Positions 1-11,981 of a DNA stretch of 64,000 bases are shown piece by piece (position 1 is the first letter of the stretch; each line of letters opens with the position of its first letter). The DNA comes from Candidatus Alcyoniella australis (GTDB lineage Bacteria > Lernaellota > Lernaellaia > JAVCCG01 > Alcyoniellaceae), in the NCBI GenBank assembly GCA_030765605.1, contig JAVCCG010000133.1, positions 12,086-76,085 on the forward strand, written 5' to 3'. The notes under the pieces were generated by a model. That model saw only the letters and a list, made by a program, of their open reading frames with translations. It had not been told where the DNA came from and searched no databases. The position numbers were made by a program, and so were the translations under genes.

Positions 1-51
1 GCAGCCCAGGCGCAACTGGGCTGGCGCAACATCAGCCAGGGCAGGCCGTAA
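1..51 (+). CDS. 3' end of an unidentified CDS truncated by the window edge
   Basis: Frame 1 reads AAQAQLGWRNISQGRP then TAA at 49-51, with high-GC codon usage. Confidence 0.35.
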   Translation, partial: AAQAQLGWRNISQGRP

Positions 52-197
52 GGGGGAGGGGCTTCGCACGGTGAAGAGAGGGCGCGGGGAATACATCGAG
101 CATTCGGGGGGCTCTTCCCCTTGCGCTCCAATGCTTAGCAGGGAATTCCTGTTCTACCTCCACGCACTACATGCGGAGGTGTCCGCGGGGCGAGACC

Positions 198-932
198 TCA
201 TATTTTACCCCCGTAGGCCAAACCATCTGGATTGGGCGTAGGGGAAACCAGCGTCATTTTTGCCGGATCAAAACAGCCGCTCGCTGCAGTCCCATCAAAC
301 GCTCCCACCAACCGTTGCTGCATGTCTAAGTCGCCGTTGAAAACGGTCATCCATACGCTGAAAAAACCGCTTGCTTCAGCAAGCTCAACAGCAATTGTAC
401 GAAGACTCTGATTTGCGGGATCGTCATCGATGAGCCGCTTAGCTTCTTGGGCTTTCAAGAAGGCTTCCATACGCTGGTCATAGCGGTCGATGGCTACCGC
501 TCTGCCGTTTTCATCTGTAATAAGCGGACCCTGCTTGTCCAAGCCGACAAGTTTGAGGGTGTTCGCGGCGGCGGAGCTGACAGCGGAATTCAGTCCGTTG
601 CGAACCACAACCGTGCCATCCTGGCGATAGCAGTAAGCTGCAAAGGTATTATCACGGTCAGGCAACAACACTTCGGACAAGACGACATCCTTATCTCTCT
701 TGGTCGAGTTGCAGTTGACGCAAGCCAGCAGGAAGTTGTCCCATCTTCCACTAAGGTGAGCATATTTTGGGAGACCCTTGGGCTGGATGTGTTCAACCGC
801 GAGTTGCGTCGCTATCCGGCGTTCGCAATAGCTGCAGTAGCTCCCCAATCGACTGATCAGATACGGCTGAGCCGCTGCATAATCCTTGAAGTCTTTGTTC
901 TGTGGTGATGCATTGCGTCGTATCGGCCGCAT
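198..932 (-). CDS. HNH endonuclease, PtuB/Septu-like
   Basis: CSYCE...VEHIQPK...WDNFLLACVNCNSTK (CxxC/HNH/CxxC); directly downstream of an ABC-type ATPase. Confidence 0.85.
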   Translation of the reverse strand: MRPIRRNASPQNKDFKDYAAAQPYLISRLGSYCSYCERRIATQLAVEHIQPKGLPKYAHLSGRWDNFLLACVNCNSTKRDKDVVLSEVLLPDRDNTFAAYCYRQDGTVVVRNGLNSAVSSAAANTLKLVGLDKQGPLITDENGRAVAIDRYDQRMEAFLKAQEAKRLIDDDPANQSLRTIAVELAEASGFFSVWMTVFNGDLDMQQRLVGAFDGTAASGCFDPAKMTLVSPTPNPDGLAYGGKI

Positions 933-935
933 CGT

Positions 936-2240
936 TTACTCACCAAGCTTGGCTGCGCGTTTCATCTCGAGGAACGCCTGAAACGCGGGGTTGTCGGCAT
1001 ACGGGGCAATCGAATCGGCGAGACGCTTTTGGTATTCCTCCAGCTTTTCTTCCGGGGCCATTTGGGCTTCTTCGAGTGTTTCGAGGTAGGTCCGAGCCAC
1101 CTGTTTCATTTCTTGGTATCGCGCACTTACCTGCGGGTTCGAGACTCCCTGTATGCCGCGAGCGATGTCTTCGAGTGGCAGATCTCCAAGATTAGCTGTC
1201 GGTTGTCCTTCGAGCATGATCAGCTCTTCACCAGATCGAAGCGCCTGGATAAGAAACGGAGAGTGTGTTGTACAGATGAACTGAAGTTTGGGGAACGTCG
1301 TCCGCAGATCCTCGATGACCTGTCGTTGCCATTTGGGGTGCAGGTGCAGATCGAGTTCATCGATCATCACGACCCCGGAGGTCTCCAACAGCACGCGATC
1401 CCCGAGGTGCGGGTTGAGCGTTGCGGCCTTGCGCGCCAAGTCCCCCACCACTGCAAGCATACAGCGTTGACCGTCGCTGAGATTGTTAAAGGGTTGTCTT
1501 GTGCCATTTTCGAACTCGACGATGACCTCGCCGTACTCGGCATCAAAGTAGACATCTTTTGCACCCTGGACGTTTTGCACCAACGCCGAGCGTGCCGTAG
1601 CAAACACCGGCGTCTGAAAGCCGCGTTGCTGAAACGCCTTCCAGGACTGACGGGCGATCCACTCGATGAGATCGGAGACCGACAGGCGGGGATCAACGCT
1701 ATTACGATACGCGTCTAGCCGGGACAACCCGGCCTTTTCCTTGATTTTCTTACTGCTCTTGACTCGCGCTTGCTCGCGGGGAACGTCCCAAAGCCGAGCC
1801 GTGCTGTAATAGGAGATGATGGGTAGGGAAATCGGCTCGCCAGCCCGGACTTTTTCGTCACTCTCCGATGCCAAGTCTTTAATGGAACGGGCGTCTCCGT
1901 AGCTCGTTCGTCCACCTGTATAGTTAAGAGAACGCTTCCACGTCAGGTCATTTCCCAGAATTCTACCGTGCGCCTCCACGATGCACGGGTATTGGTGCTC
2001 CCAGTTGACGCCATCAGCAGTGATAAACCCTTCCAGCCGGGCCTCTCCCGCCTTAATATGGCGAGTGTCGTAGCCGCGTAAGCCGAGAAACCAGCTTCCC
2101 GCAGCAATCGACAGCGCTTCCAGCACCGAGGTTTTCCCTAGCCCGTTGTCGCCAACGACCAAGTTGAACTCGGGATGAAACGATAACTCCCGGTGCTTGA
2201 ATCCCTTAAAATTATTTATTACGAGACGGTCAATGCGCAT
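936..2240 (-). CDS. AAA/ABC-type ATPase, PtuA/Septu-like
   Basis: Walker A GDNGLGKT, signature LSDGQR, Walker B VMIDELDLHLHPKWQ, H-loop TTHSP. Confidence 0.85.
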   Translation of the reverse strand: MRIDRLVINNFKGFKHRELSFHPEFNLVVGDNGLGKTSVLEALSIAAGSWFLGLRGYDTRHIKAGEARLEGFITADGVNWEHQYPCIVEAHGRILGNDLTWKRSLNYTGGRTSYGDARSIKDLASESDEKVRAGEPISLPIISYYSTARLWDVPREQARVKSSKKIKEKAGLSRLDAYRNSVDPRLSVSDLIEWIARQSWKAFQQRGFQTPVFATARSALVQNVQGAKDVYFDAEYGEVIVEFENGTRQPFNNLSDGQRCMLAVVGDLARKAATLNPHLGDRVLLETSGVVMIDELDLHLHPKWQRQVIEDLRTTFPKLQFICTTHSPFLIQALRSGEELIMLEGQPTANLGDLPLEDIARGIQGVSNPQVSARYQEMKQVARTYLETLEEAQMAPEEKLEEYQKRLADSIAPYADNPAFQAFLEMKRAAKLGE

Positions 2241-2413
2241 TGGCGGCCCCTTGTCCGGTTTTGTATCCCTATTTTTCGTAAAGCTGCCACATAGGCAGCC
2301 TGTTATGCAATGTGTTCGTATACGGTCGGACTGAGATAGCCTGAGTATACCGCACTGTATTTACGATAATAGAAGAGCTGGGTCTATTCGTGGACTTTAA
2401 TGGTGGCACCCGG

Positions 2414-3121
2414 CTACCTCAACGATGTCTCAAGCTCCGCTTGAATGGCCGCTCGGGCTTGGGCGAGCAGGGCGTCGCGGTCGTCGATGGTCATGCCCGT
2501 GGTGAGGATTGGCGGCAGCACGCTGACCGTCACCTCGCCGGGTCGCGGCGAGATCGCGCCGGGCTTGAGCACCTCGCGGGTTCCCTTGATACAGATCGGC
2601 ACCAGCGGCACCCCGGCACGGATCGCCAGGATGAACGCCCCCTTTTTAAATTCTCCCAGGGAGCCATCCGGGCTGCGTAGGCCCTCGGGAAACACGAATA
2701 CGCTACGACCGGACGCTACCATCTTTGCCGCACGATCCACGCTCGCGTGGCGCCGGCGCTGGCTGTGGCGGTCGATCACCACCACGCCCATGGCCAGGAT
2801 TGCGCTGCCGAAAATCGGGTAGTACAGCAGGCTGCGTTTGGCCATGAAGCTCAGCTGGCAACGGAGAGTAACAAACAACGAGGGCGCGTCGAGGTGCGAG
2901 AGGTGATTGCTGACAAAGACGTAGGGCTGATGCGGGTCCAGCGGCTGGGCAATACGGCTGCTGACCTTAACTCCGGCGACCATCAGCAGCATCGCCGACC
3001 ACCAGCGCGCCACCACGCAGACCGCGCGCTTGGAGTGCGAGGGCAGTCCGACGATGTGCGCCAGCAGTCCCGCCAGTGCGGTGGAGACGATCATATGTAG
3101 AACGAACAGCAGGCCGCGCAT
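2414..3121 (-). CDS. plsC: 1-acyl-sn-glycerol-3-phosphate acyltransferase
   Basis: NHLSHLD and FPEGLRS acyltransferase motifs. Confidence 0.85.
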   Translation of the reverse strand: MRGLLFVLHMIVSTALAGLLAHIVGLPSHSKRAVCVVARWWSAMLLMVAGVKVSSRIAQPLDPHQPYVFVSNHLSHLDAPSLFVTLRCQLSFMAKRSLLYYPIFGSAILAMGVVVIDRHSQRRRHASVDRAAKMVASGRSVFVFPEGLRSPDGSLGEFKKGAFILAIRAGVPLVPICIKGTREVLKPGAISPRPGEVTVSVLPPILTTGMTIDDRDALLAQARAAIQAELETSLR

Positions 3122-3131
3122 CGTCAGCCCC

Positions 3132-4244
3132 TCATTGCTGCATGTTGACCATCATCAGCACGCCGATCATGCCGAAGGCGATGTGGCTCGACCAGGCCGC
3201 GGCGGTCGGCGGCAGCACGCCGGAGTGCCCCAGCGAGAGGCTCAACGCGAGCACGATCCAATAGACAACGCCGATGGTCAGGGCCACGCCGATCCCCAGG
3301 GCCACGCCTCCGCTGCGGCCGGTCTTGAGCGCAAAGGGGATGCCCAACAGCGCCATGACGAAGCTCACCAGCGGGAACGAGAGTTTGCCCTGCAGGTCGA
3401 CCTCGTAGCGCGTGGCATCGTCGCCCGACTCGCGGACCTTACGCACGTGGTCGCGCAGCTCGGCAAAGCCCATCTCCTCGGGCTTTTTACGCTCGATTTT
3501 CAAATCGTCGATAGTCTCGGCCAGGACGAACCGGTAGCGGGTGAACGTCGTCTGCATCTCCACTTCGTCGCCGACGAATCGGCGATAGACGCCGTCGTAG
3601 AAGGTCCAGGCGCGGCCCGCCTCGGCCGAGGGATCGTATTGTGCGAACTGGGCATGGCCGCGACGGATCAGCCGGAACTGCTCGTCGAAGCGGAACAGCG
3701 AGACGTTCTCGATCCGCCCCTTGTCCGGGTAGAGGTTGGCGATGTAATAGATCGACTCGGGCCAGCCCTCGGCCCGCGAGCTGCGGTACCAGATCCGCTT
3801 CTTGCGGAACTGCGCCCGCGGCTCTTTGCCCTTGATCTCCTCGCGCCAGACCTGCTCGCTCATCGCGTTGGTGTAGGGCACGACGAACTCGTTGACCGCG
3901 AAGCTCACGCCGGAGATCATCAGCGCGAAGAGCAGCACCGGCGAAGTCACCCGCAAAATCGAGACGCCGCCGGCCTTCATCGCCGTAATCTCGGAGTTGC
4001 GGCTGAGGATCGAGAGCGAGATCAGCGTGGCCAGCAGTACGCTGACCGGGATCATCTGGAAAGCGATCAAGGGCACCTTGTAGCCGATGTAGCGTGCGAT
4101 CTCCGAGGCCGTGGCCTGATTTTTGAACATGATGTTGCTGCGGTCGATGAAGTCGACCAGCATGTAGATCAGAATGAAGGCCAACAGGCACATCACAAAC
4201 AGCTTGAGGAACTCGGCCAGTACGTAGCGCGTGAGTACCCTCAT
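3132..4244 (-). CDS. lptG: LPS export ABC transporter permease LptG
   Basis: Start reassigned to the ATG at 4244 (MRVLTRY), which overlaps the lptF stop (ATGA); SEITAMKAGGVS motif; TM helices plus a periplasmic domain. Confidence 0.85.
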   Translation of the reverse strand: MRVLTRYVLAEFLKLFVMCLLAFILIYMLVDFIDRSNIMFKNQATASEIARYIGYKVPLIAFQMIPVSVLLATLISLSILSRNSEITAMKAGGVSILRVTSPVLLFALMISGVSFAVNEFVVPYTNAMSEQVWREEIKGKEPRAQFRKKRIWYRSSRAEGWPESIYYIANLYPDKGRIENVSLFRFDEQFRLIRRGHAQFAQYDPSAEAGRAWTFYDGVYRRFVGDEVEMQTTFTRYRFVLAETIDDLKIERKKPEEMGFAELRDHVRKVRESGDDATRYEVDLQGKLSFPLVSFVMALLGIPFALKTGRSGGVALGIGVALTIGVVYWIVLALSLSLGHSGVLPPTAAAWSSHIAFGMIGVLMMVNMQQ

Positions 4245-5500
4245 TGGCTGTCGTCCTTGCGATCGGAGCGCTTGCTGCTGTAGATCTTGGTCGTCATCAA
4301 CTCGACGATCTTCTCGCCGATCGTGCCGATCCAGGTCAGCAGTTTGATCTCGCGCTCGGTGGTGCGGGCCCACAGCAGGTAGACCCCCAACATCAGGAAC
4401 ATCACGTTGGGCACCCAGAGCATTACCGCCGGGTGCAGCCAGCCGCGCCAGCCGACGTTCTCTCCCACCCGGAACAGGACGTAGTAGACGCACAGCACCA
4501 GCAGCCCGACCGTGAAGCCGCGGCTGCGCCCCGAACGCACCGGCGCGATCCCCAGCGGGATGCCGGCCACGGCGAACACCAGGCAGGCGAAGGGAAAGGC
4601 GAAGCGCCGATGGAACTCGGTGAGCGCCCGGCGGTATTTGTAGGCCAGCCAGGCCCGGCGATCCTCGTCGGAGTTCGGGTCGGGATTTTGAACCACCTCG
4701 AGCCGCCGCTTGATCTCGCGGGCGAGCTCGAGCTGTCCCATGTGCAAATACTCCTTTTCGAAGTCCTCGCCGCCCAGCGGCAGGTCGACCTTGAAGTTGG
4801 TGTCGTAGACGTCGAAGCGCACGATCTCGTACTCGTCCTGGTTTTCGGAACTGCGGTGGATCGAGCCGCTCTCAAGGCGGATCGTCAGCAGGTCGGTGCC
4901 GGGGCGCGGAATCAAGCGACCGTACTCGGCGACGACGATCGTCGGCGCGCGCTCGTCGCGGGTGTCCGAGACAAAGACCTGCTCCATCCGCTCGTCCTTG
5001 GGGTTAATGCGGTTGACGTAGAGCACCAGGTCCTCGAGGTCGGTCTTGAACACCCGCTCCTCCAGGGCGATCAGCACCTTGGAGCGCGCGAGCTTGAGCT
5101 TGAGCAGCTCGAGATTGTACAGTCCCGCGGGCGCGGCCTGCAGCGTGATGAACGCCGCGAACGCGGTGACGATCAACCCCAGCAGCAATACCGGCCACAG
5201 GTGCTTGTGCAGACCAATGCCGCTGGCCTTCATCGCGATGATCTCCGAATCGCCCGAGAGCCGGTTGAATGCCAGCAGCACGGCGAGCAGAAACGAGATC
5301 GGCATGGTGAACACAGTCAGCGGCAGGATCAGATAGAGCAGCAGCCGCAGCACGTCGGCGACCTCGACCCCGTAGCTCACCACCAGGTCGACCAGCTGCA
5401 GGATCTGGAACATCATCACCACGAACGTGAAGATGAACAGGCCCATGATAAACGGGACCAGCACCTCGCGGATTACATACCAAGTGAGGGTGCGCGACAT
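4241..5500 (-). CDS. lptF: LPS export ABC transporter permease LptF
   Basis: RLSGDSEIIAMKASGI motif, EFHRRFAFPFACL; paired with lptG. Confidence 0.85.
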   Translation of the reverse strand: MSRTLTWYVIREVLVPFIMGLFIFTFVVMMFQILQLVDLVVSYGVEVADVLRLLLYLILPLTVFTMPISFLLAVLLAFNRLSGDSEIIAMKASGIGLHKHLWPVLLLGLIVTAFAAFITLQAAPAGLYNLELLKLKLARSKVLIALEERVFKTDLEDLVLYVNRINPKDERMEQVFVSDTRDERAPTIVVAEYGRLIPRPGTDLLTIRLESGSIHRSSENQDEYEIVRFDVYDTNFKVDLPLGGEDFEKEYLHMGQLELAREIKRRLEVVQNPDPNSDEDRRAWLAYKYRRALTEFHRRFAFPFACLVFAVAGIPLGIAPVRSGRSRGFTVGLLVLCVYYVLFRVGENVGWRGWLHPAVMLWVPNVMFLMLGVYLLWARTTEREIKLLTWIGTIGEKIVELMTTKIYSSKRSDRKDDSQ

Positions 5501-5504
5501 CGAT

Positions 5505-5688
5505 TAACCCGGAATATTCATGAAGCTCCTACTGCGGCGCACAATACGCTCGCAATAACTTCGTCATCCTCACCGATCCGTCCTCGACGTACCGTAGCGG
5601 GTACGCCTGCGGAGTATCGGCTCGGCTTTCTCATTCTTGCGGTGTCTTGTGTGCCTCGTCAACGAACCCTCATGAATAATCCGGGTTA
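5505..5688. repeat. Palindromic MITE-like element, family A, copy 1
   Basis: TAACCCGGAATATTCATGA ... TCATGAATAATCCGGGTTA terminal inverted repeats (1 mismatch), TA at both ends; interior similar to the copies at 31620 and 57882. Confidence 0.85.
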
Positions 5689-5797
5689 AGTGTAGGTAAT
5701 GCGCCGAAGCTGTGCAATCGAAGGTAGCGCGCCGCGCGCACGTTTACATTGCACGCTGATCGGGTAGAATCGGCCGCGGGCCTGTTTATCGGATAGG

Positions 5798-8498
<2,701 letters not shown>

Positions 8499-8518
<20 letters not shown>

Positions 8519-9161
8519 CGCGGTGCTGGCGTGGCTCACCGTGCTGGCGCTGCTGACGTTGACGGCTGCGGCGCTCGCGCAACAGGACGAGCTGATCGAT
8601 AAGCTGCAGCAGAGCTACAGCAACACCAAGACCTTTCGCGCCAAGTTCACCCAGGAGTCGACCAACAAGCAGACCGGGCTGACCTCTGTGGTCAGCGGCA
8701 GCGTGGCTTTTAAAAAGCCGGGCATGATGCGTTGGGATTACGACGAGCCGCACGCCAAGAGCATGATCACCGACGGCTATACCCTCTGGATCTATCTGCC
8801 GGCGCAAAAGCAGGTGTTTATGGAGCGCTTCAACCGGCACTACTCCAGCCAGCTGCCGGTGCTGTTCCTCTCCGGCGGCGCTGACCTGCGCGAGCAGTTC
8901 GAGATCCAGCCCGGACCGGCTGCAGACGACGGCGTCCAGGCCTATACGCTCAATCCCAAGGTGCCGACGCCGGGCTTTTCGCAGATGACGCTATTAATCG
9001 ATCCGCAGAAAATGCACGTGGTGGGGACAATTTTCATCGACGCCTACGGCAACACCACCAAGGTCGGCTTCTCGAAGATCGAGACCGACGTGCCGTTACC
9101 CGAGGGATTCTTTATCTTCACGCCGCCCGCGGACGTGGAGGTGATCACCTCGCCGCAATAA
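8499..9161 (+). CDS. lolA: Outer-membrane lipoprotein carrier LolA
   Basis: Signal peptide, [18 protein letters not shown]-terminal [10 protein letters not shown]; follows ftsK; GGAGG precedes the TTG start. Confidence 0.85.
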
Positions 9162-9176
9162 AATTAGGGGGCAAAG

Positions 9177-9662
9177 ATGCCGAGCTTCGACGTAGTGAGT
9201 CAGGTGGACCTGCAAGAGGTGCGCAACGCGGTCAACAACTCCAATAAAGAGATCAGCACGCGCTACGACTTTAAAAAGAGCAACAGCAAGATCGAGCTGA
9301 CCGACGACGGGGTCTGGCTGTACTCGGACGACGAATTCAAGATCAAGGCTGTCGAGCAGGTGCTCAAGGAGAAGCTGGTCAAGCGCCAGGTTCCGCTGCG
9401 CGCCATGAGTTTTGGCAAGATCGAGCAGATGGGACTGCGGCAGGTCAAGCAGCTGGCCAAGATCCAACAGGGTATCCCCGAGGAAAAGGCCAAGCAGATC
9501 GTCAAGCTGGTTAAGAAGACCGGCCTGAGGGTCCAGTCGCAGATCATGGGCGACCAGGTGCGGATCTCGGGCAAAAAGCGCGACGCCCTGCAAGAGGTGA
9601 TCGCCCTTCTCAAAGACCAGGACCTGGGTATCGACATGCGTTACATCAATTTCAGGGATTAG
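9177..9662 (+). CDS. yajQ: YajQ family nucleotide/c-di-GMP-binding protein
   Basis: MPSFDVVS start, RYDFK, RISGKKRDALQ, NFRD end. Confidence 0.95.
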   Translation: MPSFDVVSQVDLQEVRNAVNNSNKEISTRYDFKKSNSKIELTDDGVWLYSDDEFKIKAVEQVLKEKLVKRQVPLRAMSFGKIEQMGLRQVKQLAKIQQGIPEEKAKQIVKLVKKTGLRVQSQIMGDQVRISGKKRDALQEVIALLKDQDLGIDMRYINFRD

Positions 9663-9677
9663 GCTCTTCCTGGGCGG

Positions 9678-9712
9678 AAAAAACGGGCGGCCCCAGGCGG
9701 GCCGCCCATTTT
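9678..9712. terminator. Bidirectional intrinsic terminator
   Basis: AAAAAAC GGGCGGCCC caggc GGGCCGCCC ATTTT between convergent genes. Confidence 0.8.
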
Positions 9713-9733
9713 ATTGGATGTTCGTGGACAGGA

Positions 9734-10168
9734 TCAGGAAGCTGGAACGTCCGGGCACGCGTCCCAGCACTCGACGAAGTCCGAGTAGCACTGCTGGTCG
9801 TCGGCCCCCAGATCAAGGCAATCGTTGAGCGCGTCAGTGCAGTCGGAAAGGCAACTCACCCACGGCGCATCGCCATAGCCGTTGGCCTCGAGGCAGTCCA
9901 GATAGGGCCCCAGATCTTCGGCGTAGCAATCCAGGGCGTCTTCCCAATTCGCACCCGCGGCATCCAGGCAGGCGATCAAGGCGTTGTACTCGGTGTCGCA
10001 CTCGCCCGAGTACTCGTCGTCGTCGTCATCGTCGTCGTCGTCGTCATCGTCATCGTCCAGGGTGTCGTCGTCGTCATCATCGTCGTCGTCGCCACCGCAG
10101 GAGATCAGCGGAACAACTGTCAGCGCCAGGCCCAGCACAAAGGCCAGTAACAGCCACCATTTTTTCAT
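9734..10168 (-). CDS. Lipoprotein with a poly-Asp linker and a Cys-rich helical domain
   Basis: GGAGG RBS, MKKWW signal peptide, lipobox LISC, long Asp run, Cys-rich C-terminal part. Confidence 0.75.
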   Translation of the reverse strand: MKKWWLLLAFVLGLALTVVPLISCGGDDDDDDDDDTLDDDDDDDDDDDDDDEYSGECDTEYNALIACLDAAGANWEDALDCYAEDLGPYLDCLEANGYGDAPWVSCLSDCTDALNDCLDLGADDQQCYSDFVECWDACPDVPAS

Positions 10169-10261
10169 GCCTGTTTCCTCCATTTATGAGTCGATTTTAA
10201 TCATTGTACCGCGCCGGCGAGCTGTCAACAGAAAACAGGCGCGGCGCTTAATCGTTTGGGG

Positions 10262-10296
10262 ATAAAGAAAAGCCCGCAAGGCGATGCTTGCGGGCT
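10262..10296 (-). terminator. Terminator downstream of tRNA-Lys
   Basis: AGCCCGCAAG/CTTGCGGGCT stem followed by TTTCTTT on the minus strand. Confidence 0.75.
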
Positions 10297-10308
10297 CGAA
10301 GTGCAGTG

Positions 10309-10381
10309 TAGGACTGCGGGGACTCGAACCCCGAACAAATGGATTAAGAGTCCACTGCTCTACCAATTGAGCTACAGTCCC
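10309..10381 (-). tRNA. tRNA-Lys (CTT), CCA not encoded
   Basis: GGGACTGTAGCTCAATTGGTAGAGCAGTGGACTCTTAATCCATTTGTTCGGGGTTCGAGTCCCCGCAGTCCTA folds as a cloverleaf with anticodon CTT; upstream TTGACC-17-TAATAT promoter. Confidence 0.95.
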
Positions 10382-10441
10382 GGGCGAATACTGGCGAATA
10401 TTACGGAAGCGAGCTACTTAGGTCAAGCCCCCGCAACCCGA

Positions 10442-11347
10442 TCAATCGGCGGGTGGTTCAAAGGGGTCCGGCGCTTGGGTAAACGGATCGACCCGGCGTA
10501 AATAGGCTTTACCGCCGAGCAGCCAGGCGAAGCGCCGCACGCTGCCCATGTCCTTGGCCTGGGTGCGGTGCTGCCTGGTGAACTCGGACATCATCTTTAC
10601 GCAGCTCATGCCCTCGGCGCAGGGCTGTTTGATATCGAAGGTCTCGGTGTACGGCCCGGGGTCGGCCTTGCCCACCATGCGCATCGGCCAATAGCGGTTG
10701 AGCATGTAGTAGCAGTTGGGCACGTGGTACGGCGCAAGCCCCCCCAGCTCGCGTTGCGGGTCGTCGGCCGCGACCACGGCCTGCATTGCCAAGCGCGATG
10801 AGAGCTGATGCTCAGGGTGTCCGGTGAATCCGCGGTCCGGACTGAAGGTCAGCAGCACGTCGGGCCGAAAGTCGCGGATCGCCTCGGCGATAACCTCGAT
10901 CGGGTCGCCGATCCCCTGGTCGGTCCAGATCCGCGCGATCTCGTCACGCGGTGGAAAGCTCTTGGCGGGTAGCGGCGCGTTCCAATATTCGCGGTGGTCA
11001 AGTTGCGCGTGGTACAGCTCGGCGACTCGTTTCATCTCCTCGTGACGTACAGCGCCCAGGCTTGGCTCGCAGCCCTCGGGCAGCAGACACTCGCCGCCGT
11101 CGCCGCGGGTCAGCACCAGCATGTACACGCGATTGCCCAAGGTCGGCCCGGCCAGGGCCAGCACCGGCCCGGACAACGCCTCGTCGTCGGGATGCGGAGC
11201 GACCCACATCACCGAGGCTCCGGCCTCGATCAGCTGTTGCAACGTAGGATGCTCGGCGTCGGCGGCTGCAACGGATAGCGGCAAGAACAGAGCGGCCAGC
11301 GCGGCCGCGACTGCAAAATTAAGAATCGAGCGGAATCTCATCGGCAC
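10442..11347 (-). CDS. PIG-L/LmbE family deacetylase, exported
   Basis: APHPDDE and GHPEH motifs; N-terminal signal peptide. Confidence 0.85.
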   Translation of the reverse strand: MPMRFRSILNFAVAAALAALFLPLSVAAADAEHPTLQQLIEAGASVMWVAPHPDDEALSGPVLALAGPTLGNRVYMLVLTRGDGGECLLPEGCEPSLGAVRHEEMKRVAELYHAQLDHREYWNAPLPAKSFPPRDEIARIWTDQGIGDPIEVIAEAIRDFRPDVLLTFSPDRGFTGHPEHQLSSRLAMQAVVAADDPQRELGGLAPYHVPNCYYMLNRYWPMRMVGKADPGPYTETFDIKQPCAEGMSCVKMMSEFTRQHRTQAKDMGSVRRFAWLLGGKAYLRRVDPFTQAPDPFEPPAD

Positions 11348-11436
11348 CTCCGAGTATGCAATATACGCCCGGAGACACCTTGAACCAAGTAATGACGCAG
11401 CGCGTCATGAGGCGAGGGGAATCCGTTCGACGATGC

Positions 11437-11637
11437 TCAATTGGCCAGCAGCTCGGCGGTGCGCTCCAGACGCTTTCGCTCGGTGATGTGCTTGCGCTCC
11501 ATATCTTGCTGGATCTGCGCGGTGAACAGCACGATGTTCTCCCCGCAAACCGGGCAGGTGATGGTAATCCGTGGCTTGTTCGTTTTCAGCTTGATGATGA
11601 CTAGTCTCTCTTGGCAACGTTCGCAGGTGATTATCAT
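11437..11637 (-). CDS. Small zinc-ribbon protein
   Basis: CERC and CPVC pairs, strong GGAGGAGG RBS. Confidence 0.65.
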   Translation of the reverse strand: MIITCERCQERLVIIKLKTNKPRITITCPVCGENIVLFTAQIQQDMERKHITERKRLERTAELLAN

Positions 11638-11981
11638 TGGTTCCTCCTCCTGGAATCCGACTTGTTATGGCCATTACAATTCATGGATCGTGCCAAGGGT
11701 GTAAAAGGGAACCTGCCGGCGGCTGGGCTCTAAGCGAGATCAGCAAATAAAGAACTAAATATCAAGGTGATAGGAGGTGTCGCCGCATTTGAGAATGATG
11801 CTTTGGACGCCCCTGTTTAGGTCTGCGACCCCCCTACTCCGGCCAGATCGCGGCGCAGATGGGATGTAGAATCGTAATTGTAAATAGTAAAAAGTAAGGT
11901 GCTGATACCGCGGGGCAATCAGGGTCGGAAGGGCGCTTGTGCGGCTTGGGCCCAATGGATTACTATGACCGGGATTTGAGG

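Noticed and set aside
52..197. GC-rich hairpins downstream of the HNH gene
   Set aside because: Explicable as terminator-like or chance structure between convergent genes; single copy
198..2413. Complete retron
   Set aside because: No reverse transcriptase ORF adjacent
10309..10381. tRNA-anchored genomic island
   Set aside because: No integrase and no duplicated tRNA 3' end seen; the terminator follows the tRNA directly
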